From the NCBI GenBank assembly GCA_013265495.1, contig MU058213.1, forward strand, positions 5,601,149-5,665,148: a stretch of 64,000 nt of DNA, read 5' to 3'. Origin of the DNA: Vicugna vicugna (Eukaryota). The notes below the pieces were generated by a model. The model saw only the letters and a program-made list of their open reading frames with translations, was not told where the DNA came from and searched no databases. The position numbers and the translations under genes were made by a program. Below are positions 12,471-25,480 of this stretch, in pieces (within the stretch, counting starts at the first letter, position 1; every line of letters starts with the position of its first letter).

Positions 12471-14094
12471 CTCCCCAGAACATAAAAGGTGCCAGAGTTA
12501 GTTTAATCTGTGCCTCTCCACCACCACCCACCCCACACACCAGAGAGCAAATTCCTGGTGAATTTCTATGGGATATTTCTGCTAGATATTGGTTATAGTT
12601 TCACAGCCAGCCATCAGGCAGCAATGACCCCAGAGTCCCACCCTCTCTGCCCCATCATTCAGCACGTGGCACAACTTCAGGGACCAGAATCCGAGAGCCA
12701 GGCTTTAGGGGGAACCTGCCCTTGCCTGACCAGGGACACACAGCACTGTCCCTCCCCCTTGTCCTGGGACTGACCACAGAGTGTCATTGCAGGAGGGCTG
12801 GGGCACCACAGGACTGTTTATCCCAGTGAGACTTAGTGGTGCCAACAGACCTGGAGACCGGGGGCTTCTCTGCCCTCATTTTCACTCATGACCCGGAGCC
12901 TGGCGCCCGCTCTCCATAGCTGCTTTTCTGACCGAGTTGGATACCTTGACATGGCCCCAGCAAGCAACAGAGCACCCAGTGTTCAGCATTTCCAACCCGA
13001 GAAGGACTGTGTCTGCCAAGTCCAGAGGTACTCCCTAGATCCTGGCAGCAGAGAGAGAGGCTCCTCAACCTTCCACCCAGAAGCACAGCTACCCTCACCC
13101 ACATGGCCCTCAGTTCCTGCAAGATTCTCGAGTCTGTCTGCTGTGCTGTTTGTGAAAGGCAAGGAGGGAGGGTTGGTCAAGCAGATGAAACTTAAACCTA
13201 CTCTCCGCTCGTGGCCGTGGAGATGTTATGGGATTATTATTCTATAGCTGTAAGATATTAATATTACCATAATTCATACTACTAGGATTTATATCTCTGT
13301 AATATATTCATCTGTAATACAAACACATAATGTAGCTGTAATAGCTAACATTTATTCTGACTCTATGGCAGGTCTGTGATAAGCATTATCTTAGCCAGCC
13401 CCCCACCACAACAAACATATGAGGTAGGAACCACTGTTCCACCCTCTTATAGAAATAAGGACACTCAGAGAGGCTGTATTACTTGCCCAAGACCCAAAAC
13501 ACCTCCCAGCCTTGTCAGAGATTTTTGGGGGGGGGGGTTAACTTCACACGACTGGGAAGCACAGGTGACTAGTAAGGCAAGGGGTCCTCTGTACCGGCCC
13601 CTTCCTCCTGGACACTCCACCACGGCCCGCCTACGTTCTGCTCACCGACTATAACCTGGTGTTGGAGGATCCCGTGTATCATTGTGCGGCTGCTCAGCTT
13701 TATTTCCACTAGAATTATGTCACAAAATTGGGTCATTATGGGGAATGAAGGAAAACAAAAGGAATAACGACTCTGTATACACTGGACCTACATTTGAGTC
13801 TTGCCCAACACACATACGTTAAGCCCTATGGTTCTCAATTTTTTTAAAAATACAGGTCCACACATAAATGGCTCCCTATAAAAAAAAAAAACATTTAAAA
13901 GGATGCTCCTTAAGTAGAGACTGCATTGCCCAGGGGCATTTTCCTTATACAAGGCCTTTGAAGATGGTCATGGTTAACCGAAAGGGACATTTGTCACCTC
14001 TGGTGGAATTCCATTCACTGGAGCAACCCAGGGTGAAAGAGGCTTTGAGGACAAGGGGAGGGCAGAGGTCACCTTATCTCCTGGTACAGAGGGT

Positions 14095-14600
14095 GTAGGA
14101 GTCATCCACTGTCATGTAGCAAATCACCTCTAAACCTAACAGCTTAAAACCAAAAACATCCACAATCTCACAGTTACTAAAACCCAGACACCTAGGAAGA
14201 GCTTAGTTGGTTCTGACTTAGGGTCTTTTATGCGGTCGCAAGTCAGCAGGGGCTGCAGGCACCTCAAAGCTCCACTGCAGCTCGAAAACCATCACCAAGT
14301 TCATTCAGGGGGTTAGTTATTGGGGCGCCTCAGTTCCTCGACGGCCTTTGGGCAGAGGTGTCAGCTCCTTGCCATGGGGGCCTCCCCACAGGGCTGCTCA
14401 TGACATGGCAGGGAGCTTCTCCCAGAGTCAGAGGTCAGAGAGAGGGAGAGAGAATCCAAGATAGAAGGCTGGGTCCTCTGCGATCTAATTCCAGCATGAC
14501 ACACCATCACATCCGCTGTTTGCAGTCACACACTTGAATGCTACCATGTGGGAGGGGCCACACAGAGGTGTGAATACCAGGAGGCAGGGACCTTCCAGGC
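14095..14600 (-). mobile_element. MaLR solo LTR (MLT1F/G-like)
   Basis: GTAGCAAATCACCTCTAAACCTAACAGCTTAAAAC...CTCAGTTCCTC...GGCCTCCCCACAGGGCTGCTCATGACATGGCAG...GGTGTGAATACCAGGAGGCAGGGA. Confidence 0.75.
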
Positions 14601-15769
14601 CCAGGAGGGTGCCGAGCGTGGTGAGGTTCTCAGTGGGAGGTATCCACACTGCAGCCCTTGGGCAGGTGAGCCCACCCAGCCTCACTTTGCCCTTCTATAA
14701 AAAGAGGGTAGCAGAGTTGCCAGGGATCAACAATGTCTAGAGAAACAGCGCATCTCCTCTGGCTAAACTGGAAATATTATTCACAGGGCTCTGTACAAAG
14801 AAGTGTTGTACAAAGAGGAGGCAACATTATTTTGATTGTCACTGGCAGTCGTGGTGACACACGGTTCTGGGGACTCCTTCTCTGGTGTGCTCTCACGCCC
14901 GACCCGCCCGTGTCCGTCAGCGCCAGTGTGCATTTCAGACTGCCGGTTCCCGACGCCCAATAATGAAGTGTTGCAGAAGACAGCTTGGGCAGGACCTCTT
15001 TCATGATCTGTTAGAGCTGATTTATAATTAGCCTTTCACCTGAATGCAAATAGGCAGCCTGAAGTTCTTGCTGGTTCTCGCTTGAAGATGATCTCTTCTC
15101 TTCATGTAAATATCCTCCCTTCATCCTGTCTACTTAGCAACTCTGGCTCTCCTGTTTAATAGGCAGTATGAAAGCCAGCATCAGCCCGGCCCTCTCTGAA
15201 CGTTACAGGCTCCACATCGCCCAGCTCTCGTGCCAACAATCCCACCTGAAACCCACCTGGCCGCCCTCCCCTCTCGGACCCCTTGTCCTGCCACAGGGGC
15301 TCTCAAGACAGATCTAGTTTAACTCTGGGCATTGAGAACACCGAGAACTTTCTCACCAGGAAATGCCTCTTTTTGGAACCCCCTCAGTGCTGGGAAGACA
15401 ACATGAGCACTGGAGAGGTGTCAAGAAACTAGAGTGCCCATCCTGGCTCTGACCCTGGTCCAGGTGTGGCCGCTCTGAGTGATTCAGATCTGGTTATCAA
15501 AGGCTCAGTGCCCCCACCAGTTACTCACCCAGCTCTTCTGTGCCTTCTCCAACAGCCCCCACCTCGCCTGCCCTACAGCACCCCACCAAAAGCAAGCGAT
15601 ACGCAGCCTTCTGGCTACTCTTCATAGTTCTGTTTCTCTCCCTCTGGGTTTTTCTTTCCTTCTCGACACTGGCAAGACCCACCTAAGTGTGTCATGCACG
15701 AGGCATGGAACCGTTCTGACTCTGAGCTGGTAATTCAGCCTCATCTTCACAACCACCATAGCTGCCCCC

Positions 15770-15955
15770 TCCTGAGCACTCACCATGTGCCAGGCTCTAC
15801 TCTACCACACTGACTTCATAACAGCCCTGAGGTTGTCACTCTCACCATCTCCATTTTATAGATGAGGAACCAAGGTTCAGAGAGGGTAAGCAACCTATTC
15901 AAAGTCACCCAGCCTGTGTGAGGCAGAACCAGGATTCAAACACAAGCTATCTGGG
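15770..15955 (-). mobile_element. MIR SINE
   Basis: ATGTGCCAGGC...CCATTTTATAGATGAGGAACCAAGGTTCAGAGAGGGTAAG...CAGAACCAGGATTCAAAC. Confidence 0.8.
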
Positions 15956-16331
15956 ACTAGGGTGGGCTCTCGTAAGACTGACTTCTTCCTCTGCAAAGAA
16001 TCTAGACTTCTTGATTACAGGCCTATTTCTTTTACACACAGTCAGCATCTGTAAGTATTTGCTGATTGACCACAGGCTTCCTTCCTAGACACTGTAAGCA
16101 TATGGCGAAGCATAAACCCTGTCTGCCCCTTTCCAGAGCATATGCTCTAATATGTGATAACAGACAAATCCAAACTTTTCATAGACTCAGGGGATTTAGA
16201 AAGAAAGTCTTCCCAACCCTCATTTTGCAAATAAGGAAGCCTGAAAAGATCTGGTGAGTTGCTTCTGATCACACAGCTCCCGGTCCCAGAGCCAGGGCAT
16301 GAGCTCTGTCCGTCCGGAGGTCAGGCAGGAG

Positions 16332-16551
16332 CAGTGGTTCTCAGTGGTCCTCAACTGGGGTGACTCTGCACCCCAGGACACGTGGCATTGTCTGTGGACA
16401 TTTTTGGTTGTCACAGCTGGGGAAGAAGTTGCTACTGGCATCTCACGAGGGGAGGCCAGGAATCCTGCTCAACAGCCTGCAGTGCACAACGCCCCCCCGC
16501 AACAAAGAATTATCGGGCCCTAAATGTCAAGTTCTGAGACTGAGAAACTCG
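16332..16551 (+). mobile_element. MER20 (hAT-Charlie MITE)
   Basis: CAGTGGTTCTC...GACATTTTTGGTTGTCACAGCTGGGG...TGCTACTGGCATCT...GAGGCCAGGAATCCTGCT...CAACAAAGAATTATCGGGCCCTAAATGTCAA...TGAGAAAC. Confidence 0.9.
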
Positions 16552-17814
16552 CGCTATAGGACTCCCCAGCTCCACGTAAGGCTCTTTGCTCCTCTTGCTT
16601 ACTCATAGTCATCCACAGCTGGGCAGCTTGTCTGAGTCCTCTTTGGTTCCAGCATCCAACAAAGTACTCGGTGTGGAGTAAAAGCTCACTGAACGAGAGA
16701 GGGAGGAAAGGACAGGACAGGGAGAGAGGAAGAATGGAAGGAAAAGAAAGACAGAAAAAGATATCGGCTTTCCTGGTGGACAAGAAAGTCAAACTCTATA
16801 AATCAAGACCTCTGTTCATAAAACAGAAGACTATTGACCATTTAAAATCAATTCTTGCACATTTTTCCAGACAGAAGGCTGACTGTGAATACCTTCTTAA
16901 TTACGCTTCAGCATAATTTAAGCCTATACTAATAAAGTGAATTAAGAGAATGAACTCCTGCTACAGAAATTTTCCCCCTGTGAAAGTAAGTCCTGATTGA
17001 TGGATGTGATGGAGCTAGTGAGGTACAAATGCACTGCCCTTTTTATAAATAACTGGTTCCTTAGAGGTGTCTGCTGGGAAAATTGCAGTAGTTACAGCTG
17101 CCACTGAGGAAAGCTTAATAGACAGCTCTCATTCCAAGACAGCTGAGCCCCAGAGGAGGGCTGGCCAGTGGGCTGCAAATCCTGATATCCAAGGGCAGCT
17201 AATGCTTCAGCTCTCCACCAAATGACAAATGGCTCCCCTGTCAGAGCTAGCAGGTGATGCCCCAGTCCCCCCCCCACCGACCCGCTACAGTGGGGCGATC
17301 GGTCAGCAGCCACTAATTCTCAGTTTGGGTGGGGAAGAGGGGGGAGGTCAGCCTGTGGCTACTGGGCAGGGAGAAGGGGTCTCTGAGCCTGGACACCTTG
17401 CTGGGAAACACAACTCCTGCCCTTTGTGGCAAGTGAGACTCCACGGCCAACCAGAGGAGCACAGCGCTTCTCTGTGTTCTCCTCAAGGTCTTGTGGGCAC
17501 CCAGAAAATACCTTGAAACCATCACATGACAAGTCCTTGTACGATCCTCTCTCCCCCCCTCTACGGCTCTCCCCAGCACCTAAGTCATGGGAGCCCTCCC
17601 CTCCTCACCACAGATGTGCCTCTTCCAAAACCAAAATGATGCCTCCCACAGGAGGCTGCTCCCAGGCTCCGCATCAGGACGGTACTCTCCCCACTCCATG
17701 CCCCAGCGGCACATGTGCCTCCCCTAAAGGTCCCTGGCACGCTCCGCCCGCTGAACGCCCCTGGCTGGGAGCTCAGACCTGCCTGGCTGCCAGACTTTGT
17801 TCTGCTACCTCCTG

Positions 17815-17889
17815 CAGTGCTGTCACCACCTGCCGGGTCCTCCACTGTCTCAGTGCTGTCACCACCTGCTGGGTCCTCCACCGTCTCAG
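17815..17889. repeat. 36-bp tandem duplication (2 copies, 2 mismatches)
   Basis: CAGTGCTGTCACCACCTGCCGGGTCCTCCACTGTCT (17815-17850) and CAGTGCTGTCACCACCTGCTGGGTCCTCCACCGTCT (17851-17886). Confidence 0.95.
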
Positions 17890-18248
17890 CCACAACAGGC
17901 AGACTTGCCACGGAGACCGCAGAGCCTAGGTTTCAAGACCCCTCCCCTGCCCAAGCCCCTTCCAAACCCGACATAATCAGGAGTCATGATTTTGTACTCC
18001 TTTTCATAAAGAGGCACCCCAAACGGTATCTATGAGTCAGACCCCACAGAACCTGGCTCTTCCTCGCCCACAGTGATCTCCACAGAGCCCTGCATACCCT
18101 GCACATAATAGGTGCTTTATGAGGATTGAGAAGAGTGGATCCTGACTACGATCACAATCGATGAGGGATCAGTAACAAAACAGGGAAGATACGTGCTTCC
18201 CTCAGGCAGGCTTTAGTAATTATTCTAGCCAAAAAGAACCAGCTAGTC

Positions 18249-18405
18249 CAGGGGTTCTCAAACTCCAGCGTGTGGCAGAACCCCCTGGAGGCCAGAGTGT
18301 CTGGTTCAGAGGGTCCCGGGCAGGACGGAGAATCTGCACCACTCACAAGATGCCCAGTGCTGCGGTTGCTGCCCCTGGCTGGAGGGCTGCACCTTGAAAA
18401 CCACT
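18249..18405. mobile_element. MER5A-like hAT MITE
   Basis: Terminal inverted repeats CAGGGGTTCTCAAACT ... CCTTGAAAACCACT with internal GAATCTGCA...ACAAG..CCCAG. Confidence 0.7.
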
Positions 18406-21400
18406 TTGAATCCATGCATTTTCAACAGGGAGAACACTACCCCTAAGGAAGTGAAAAGTGGGGAGACAAAATCTTATGCTTTTTATAATAAAGCAGATAT
18501 ATGTGCAGTATATGAACAGATCTCTGGTATATCTGTGGCATTAACATTTTGTGGTGGGCACTTAGGAAGAAAGTCCAGAAAGACCTTATTAAGGGGTAAT
18601 AACAAAAAAAGGTTACAAAACACTGTTCTGGCCCAACTTGCTACTCGGTGCTAAGCCCCTCCCCTCCAGTGACCTGGAGCCCATCCCATAGCTGACACTG
18701 ATGCAAGGAGCCCTGGACTTGGAGTCACACCCCAGGCTCAAATGCCAGCTCTGCCCTGGAGCAACTGTGTGATCTTTCCACCCAAACTCACTTTAGCTTC
18801 TGCACTGAAACAGAGGAAGTCATACAGAGCAAAACTACTTAAAGAGAGCACTGTGTGTGGGTGGGAGAGAAGCTTTAGTAAGTTGTTACAGGGATGCGGT
18901 GAGCCAGCTGCCAAAGCGCACGGCGGAGTAAAAAGAGCAGCACCTTCCGAGGAAGGTGGGCCTGTTGACCACCTGGCTTCGCTGAGCCACAGGAGCGTGA
19001 GAACGCACGTTTCAGGGCCAAACCGGAGTCCTCTGCCCAAGAGAGGCCAGGGGCTGCGGGGTGGGGAGGGACGCAGAGAGATGGTGCTGGGGGAAGCCTG
19101 GGACAGCCATAGCCGCGTGAAACACACACACCCCAGCCTGATATGGGCACTGCTCTGAGGGGCAGTTACATAAACTCTTTCTTCATCATCCCTACAAATT
19201 CTGAACCAGTTTCTTGTCACTAAATAATGCTCTTGGGACCAGTAGATTATTTGGGAGTAGAGCCCTGAGACTCGGTGGAATCTACATGCATGTTGTGTTG
19301 GCTCAAAAACAGGCTCACGTGCAGGACTCGTCCCACCCCTGGGTTCCACTTCTTATCTCTGTTGTCATTTGCCTAGTGCCCTCCAGGCCCCAGACTGGGA
19401 GCTGTCATTGACTCCCACTTCTCCTTCAGTCCCAGTGTCCAACCAGCCACTCAACCCTGTAGATCTACCTGGGCAGCCCTGCTCTCCTGGTCCAGGCTCT
19501 CTGACTGCCTGAGGCCTGGTCTTCTGCGTCTCTCCAGGGAGCTTCCCCTTCCTACCTAAGCCCCAGCTCTGGCTGCCACCCAGCTCAGAAGCCACCCCAG
19601 CCCCGAAGCTGTCTTCCTGTTGGACAGATTGGGTTGTCATAACTGCACAGCCCTGGCCCAAGCAAAGATGGGCAACAGAAGTGGTCCAGGCCAACTCTGT
19701 TCTAGGGGAGAAAGATAAGTGGCAGATAGGATTTGGCTAAACATCTTTTAGGCAGCAGCCTTTACCAACTGAGGTGGATGTCAGAGTCATCAATCAGGGA
19801 GATCTGATTTGGCACAAGAGATGAAGAACTAGGACCCAGCCAGAGCAGGGAGAGGAGAATGTAGGAGAAACAAGATGATTTGACCTCAAGTACAGGGCAG
19901 GGGGCCAACCAAGATTTATGGGTCCCCAGATCCCTCAATAGTCCCTCAGATGGTAAGATTTGGGAGGCAGTGAGGAATAATGAGAAAAAAAAAAACAAAA
20001 AAAATGAGTGTTGGGTATCAGTTCTCCCTCGTGCAAACTGTAGACCCAGGGACAAGCGTTACCCTCTGAGCCTCAGTTTCCTCCTATGTAAAATGGGGAT
20101 GATGGTGTCTACTTCATAGGTTGCAGTGGAGACTGAGTGAGATGTAGGCACTGACAGATGTGGTGTTGATGATGCTGGGATTCGGGGCACCTCCTCTAGT
20201 CCCTTCTCCCTCGTGGGGCTCTCCTCTGAACATGCTCTGCTGGCTCCACGTTGCTCTGAGATGAAGTGTCCACAACCAAATGCAATGCTCCATTGTCACT
20301 TAACTAGCACAGAACTGAACAGGGCTGTCACCTTTCTTTTCCAAAGTGCATGCTTCTAATGATGCAGTCTACAAGCACAGGAGGGCTCAGAGGAGACAAT
20401 GTACAGTATTCACTCCTGTTGACGATGAAAATTAGAATCAAATAAACCCATGGGTCTTTCCACAAGTGCTGTTACTAAGCCACAGTTCACTATCTTTTCC
20501 TGGATTAGTGGGGTTTAGGATCTAAGATCAAAGTGCAACTCGGTGAAATTTCCTCTTTCAGTTTCTCTCTCTCCCTCTCCCTTTCTTCAGGAAAATTTTA
20601 GATTCTGTTTCTGGTGTCACTTTTAGCTTCCTGACATCAGAAATCTGATGAACTCAGACTCTATATTATTATTCAAATCAACAGCAAAATTACTAAGCCA
20701 AAGGCAAGGATTGGACCCGAAGTTGGAGCACAGGAACACTCCCTTCAAGAACACATCAGTCAGCCCAGATATTGGTCCTTTCAGCACCTTGGTCCAGTTA
20801 GTTATCCATCAATCTAACCGTTCTTGCAGCCAGTCCATACCTAGATTTTCTGAAAAAGACTTAAGCAGCTCAGCATACATATATTCAAATGCATCCACCC
20901 TGTCCCCAAATAATCATTACTTGGAAGTCACTCTTGCTATTTTCTATGTCTTAAGCTTTTGGGTTTTTTTGTTTGTTTGTTTGTTTTCCAATTCTACACT
21001 CTAGTGTTTCTTTGGTGAGGACAGATCTGCTCCCAAAATGACAAATAATTTAGAAACATTTTTAATTTACTTTTAACATACGCGTCAGTGAACAAAGAAA
21101 TCATAGTTGGTGATGGGGTGGGGAGGGAGGAAAAAGAGAACTTACATAGCTTTAGCTCTTACAGGAATTTTCATCAGTGCTGGCTGAAGTGGGATGTGAT
21201 ATCAGATTGGGTCTAATCCTAAGAAGGAAGGTTACATTAAATTGCCTGAATATATTTACCGGTTTTTACAATACCATTTTTTAAAACTCTCTGTGGAAGC
21301 CAATTTCCTTATGAGAAAATTATCCTACCAAGATTTTTTAGAATAAGCAAACGCAGAAGTTCTCTCTTAACCTAACTCAGTCATCTGTCTCTAACACTGA

Positions 21401-24400
21401 TTCTGAGAACAGACATTGGTGCCATCTTAGAGAAACTGGTTCTCTACCCTTCAGGAATTTTCTGCAGCCTGAATTTCGGTATGAAAAACCTAAGGTTGGA
21501 AAGACTAACTAGTTATCTGTTATGTATCTTAGTGTTAGGGGTTGGGAATAGAATCCCACCTCGGCCACACTCCTGAGTAGGCTAGAATTTAATGGGATTC
21601 TTGAGATGTGTGGGCTGAGAGAAACACAGTAGCTGAAAGATGCTCGAGGCTGGACCTGAGGCCTGGCTAGGTAACTGACGGGCAAGGTCGGGGAGTTGGA
21701 GCCTTGTGTGGCTCTTAGTGACACTACAGCTCCTGGAATGAGGCAAGAAGAGGCCGACACGCCAGGACATCTTCTCCTTCTCTCTCTTTCTCTGCTGTTC
21801 CTCTGATGCCCCACCCCCATGCAGAAACCCTTTGGCCCTTCTCCTCCTCTGAAGTCCCACAGCACTGTCTGTACCTCCCTGCAGCATCTCTGCACTCCTA
21901 TACTGTTCTTTATGCACAGGACCCACCCTCCCCACCAGACAGTGTGCACCTGGAAAACAGGCTTGTGACTTACTCATCCACATATCCTGAACACTACCTA
22001 GCACACAGTAGGTGTTGAGTATATAGTCCACTAAAAGAAAGAAACGTTTGAGGGGCATCATTACTCAGCATCTCCACTTGGGTTTATACATTTTGTGTTT
22101 AATTTCATGTAAGTTTCTCCCTCTTTTGCAAAAACATTATAATGTAGCTTGCCATCATTCTTACTTTGGGGTCACACATGTCAATGCAGTTAGCCTCAAG
22201 TGACTAATGTGTGGGCAGCAGGGGATAATGCTCCAAAATCAGAAGTAAAAGACTCTCAATGCTAAAGAGAAGGTACAGAATGAGTAGGGCATATTCATTC
22301 ACATATGTATCGAATAAGCAACTCTTGGAGTGTTCCCATGTGCCAGAAAGCATGTTGGGCCTTGGGGGTATAAAGATGAATGAGACACGGTGACCACCAC
22401 CCAGAAAAATCTCTCAGCCTGGAGATCTTCCCCAGTCCTTCAGCAAGCATTTAACGAGTCCGTGAGGTGCTGAAATACTTCTTATAGCCGTTCTCCTTTT
22501 TTAAACAAACACTTCTATCATAAAGGCCAGGCATCACTGATGATGGCATATAGATATAAATAATTTACATATGTGCTTTATAAACATTAACAATTATCTT
22601 TGTAACAACTCTGTAAGGTTTGCACAATTAATTACTTATTATTACAGATAGATCATCTCTTTTAATCCTCACAGTTGAATGAGGACAGTACTGCTAGTTC
22701 TGTAACAAAAATGAGAGAACTGAGGCTCAGAGAAGTTAACTATTTTACCCAGAGTCACACAGCCTATTAAGTGGCAGAATCCGGATTTTTTTCTTGAGAT
22801 AAGAGAACTCAGTGTGCTCCTTAAACCCTGGTCAGAATCTGTCACTCGATTTGCCTGATGTCGATTCTGAGGCTGGAGGAGCAGGGCAGAAGCCAAGGTT
22901 GGAGACCAGCAGGAGGATTGGAGAGGTGGCTTATAATATGACTTTCGGGGCAGCACGGGCCCTGGGTAACTGGGATCTGGGAACATCACAGCGTCTTTGG
23001 CAGGACCCCAGGAGGCAAAGGTTTAGTTTGCATGGACAGAGCCCATGGTCCTGGCCCCCACCATCATTCTACCTGCCATTCAAACAAGCAGCACCCACGA
23101 GGGTCTTGTTGCCATCAGGTCAGGCTTCCAGGAGCAGGGCTCAGCCCCTGCGTGCCCACCTAGGGCAGAGGGCATGCAAACTACTGTCAACACCTGTCTC
23201 CATGAGGCCCCACACCTGCCAGGGACCAAGCACAGAGCAAGCATCCGAGAGCAAGTCACCTGAGCAGAGAGTGCAGTGCAGAAGCCATGGAGAAGGAATC
23301 TTCCCAGCCTGTGACTCTGCAGGCATTAGGACCCACACCACTCAGAACCCAGGGCAGACCACACACACGCACGCATGCACACACGCATGTAAGTGCACGC
23401 ACATAGGTGCACGCATGCACCTGCTCCTTAACCCTGTTTCCTCATGTGGGCATTTTCCTAAGAAAACCAGAAAGCAGCACTCCCCAGCTCATGATCTGTT
23501 TCAAGAGCTGTAAGGACCTAACTTCCAAATGGAAAGAAGGAAAGAAATGCTCAGGAACCCCTGTTTACCATAGAACATCATATCCCAGTGTGAAAGCTTA
23601 TTCCGACAGACCAGGCCGGAGTGCAGGGCCGTGTGGCATCCTAACTGGAATAAACGAGCTCCATCCAGACTCCACTGGAACACCAGGTCTGCAGCACAAA
23701 TACCTCCTTTATGGCTGGGTTACCCCTGCCCCAGATGGGCCGCTAACCACTCAGAGCAGAGGAAAAGAAACATGCCGTTGTCAGGAGCCCCACAGTGGAA
23801 GTGAGGACAGCTGCCCCTTCCTACGTTTTGCTTTTTTATACCTTGTGGCCCCTTTAGACCCTTCAGAAAAGAGATGGTTTCTGAGTCTCAAGCAGGCACT
23901 TCTTCAAGCCAAAGCTACAAAAAAAATTCCTATTTTATCCAATTCTCTCTCCAGAGGTCAACACCCCCTACACACACGTAGGGGGGCATTCAGGTGGTGC
24001 GGGACAGCATTCAACAGGCAGAGACAACTCAGCACTGTCCGAGGACTGCACTGCTCTGTCCCTCAGCCTGAGGCGCTAGGTCAGTGAGGTCCTCTCAACA
24101 CTTTGAACAACTCATTTTATAGATTTTTGGTTGTTAAGAACAAATTTGGATTTCTTTTCCTCCTTTTCTCTTTCTCCTGGCAATCTCAAATGTGTCAAAA
24201 GAAAGGAAATTCCTACCACTATTGTCAGAAACGAAGCTGAAATAACACGCCCCCATTAAACACCAGTGCTCTTTTCACCAGAAAGCAGCACACCAAGAGC
24301 AACAGAGCTCGAAGTAATACCCAGGGCACAGGAATCCAAGTGGCCCCATTATCTCAACACCAGGAGAGTGGGGGAAGCTGTACTCCGTTTTTTAAGGACT

Positions 24401-24537
24401 GTTGTGCTTCTGGTGGCAAAGAAATGACCTCCCGGTTCTTAAGTGGCATCGGAGACAGCAAGCACACAGCCTGAGAAAGAACAGAACTCACATGGTCAGA
24501 TATTTTCAGTCATATCAGGCTTCAAAACCTGAGTCAC

Positions 24538-25019
24538 CGGCCATAAAAAAAAAGAATAAAATGCCATTTGCTGCAACATAGATGAACCCAGAGATCGTCC
24601 TACTAACTGAAGTAAGCCAGAAAGAGAAAGAATAATACCATATGATGTCACTTATACATAGAATCTAGAAGAAAGAAAAAAAGACACAAATGAACTTATT
24701 TACAAAATAAAAACAGACATAGAAAACAAACTTATGGTTACCAGAGGGGAAAGGAGGTGGGAAGGGATAAATTAGGAGTTTGGAATTTGCAGATACTAAC
24801 TACTATGTATAAAATAGATAAACAACAAGGTCCTTCTGTACAGCACAGGGAACTATATTCAATACCTTATAATGGCCTATAATGAAAAAGGATATGAAAA
24901 GGAATGTATATGTATATGTGTGTATAAAAGAGTCACTATGCTGCACACCAGAAATTAACACGACATTGTAAATGTTGTAAATCAACTATACTTCAATTAA
25001 AAAAACAACAACACAAAAC
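24538..25019 (+). mobile_element. 5'-truncated LINE-1 (ORF2 end plus 3' UTR), relatively young
   Basis: Typical L1 3' sequence (GCCATTTGCTGCAACATAGATGAACC...CAGCACAGGGAACTATATTCAATACCTT...TGTAAATCAACTATACTTCAATTAAAAAA) with A-rich tail; TSD ACCTGAGTCAC at 24527-24537 and 25020-25030. Confidence 0.92.
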
Positions 25020-25279
25020 ACCTGAGTCACGAAGAAGCTGTGGTAATCAGTGGGCAATTTTCCCAGGGAATGAAAATTCCCTGGAGACTGGGCATTAGAG
25101 GTCCCCACTTTTCTGGGGCATCTAAAACTTGACGTGACCGCACCGGCAGGGGCCGACAGTCCATGAACAGGCAGAGACCGATGAGGTCGGGACGCCACTG
25201 TAAAGCTACCTGGGAGCTAGGCTGGAGGTGGGGCTGGTAGGAGCAGACTCTGGTCTACATACTGACCAGAGCTTCTGCT

Positions 25280-25480
25280 GTGTACAGTCCCAGCCCCACC
25301 ACTCACTAGCCATGTGGCCTCAGGCAAGTTACATAATCCCCAAGCCTCAGTTTCCTCATCTTTAAAAGGCAGAATAATAAAAGGTGAATGAACTTCACAG
25401 GGTTGTTGTGAGGATTAAGTGATTTAATAGAAAAGCGTTTAGAACAGGGCTCAGCACAAAGCAAGTGCTCAATCATTACT
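25280..25480 (+). mobile_element. MIR SINE
   Basis: CACTCACTAGCCATGTGGCCTCAGGCAAGTTAC...CCTCAGTTTCCTCATCT...GGGTTGTTGTGAGGATTAA...GTGCTCAAT. Confidence 0.85.

Noticed and set aside
17815..17889. CRISPR-like 36-bp repeats
   Set aside because: Only two adjacent copies with no spacer, no cas genes, and a mammalian context.
22812..24087. Longest ORFs in the track (233 aa and 226 aa)
   Set aside because: No recognisable homology, non-ATG (GTG) starts, and they run through a (CA)-rich tract; consistent with chance ORFs in GC-richer intron DNA.
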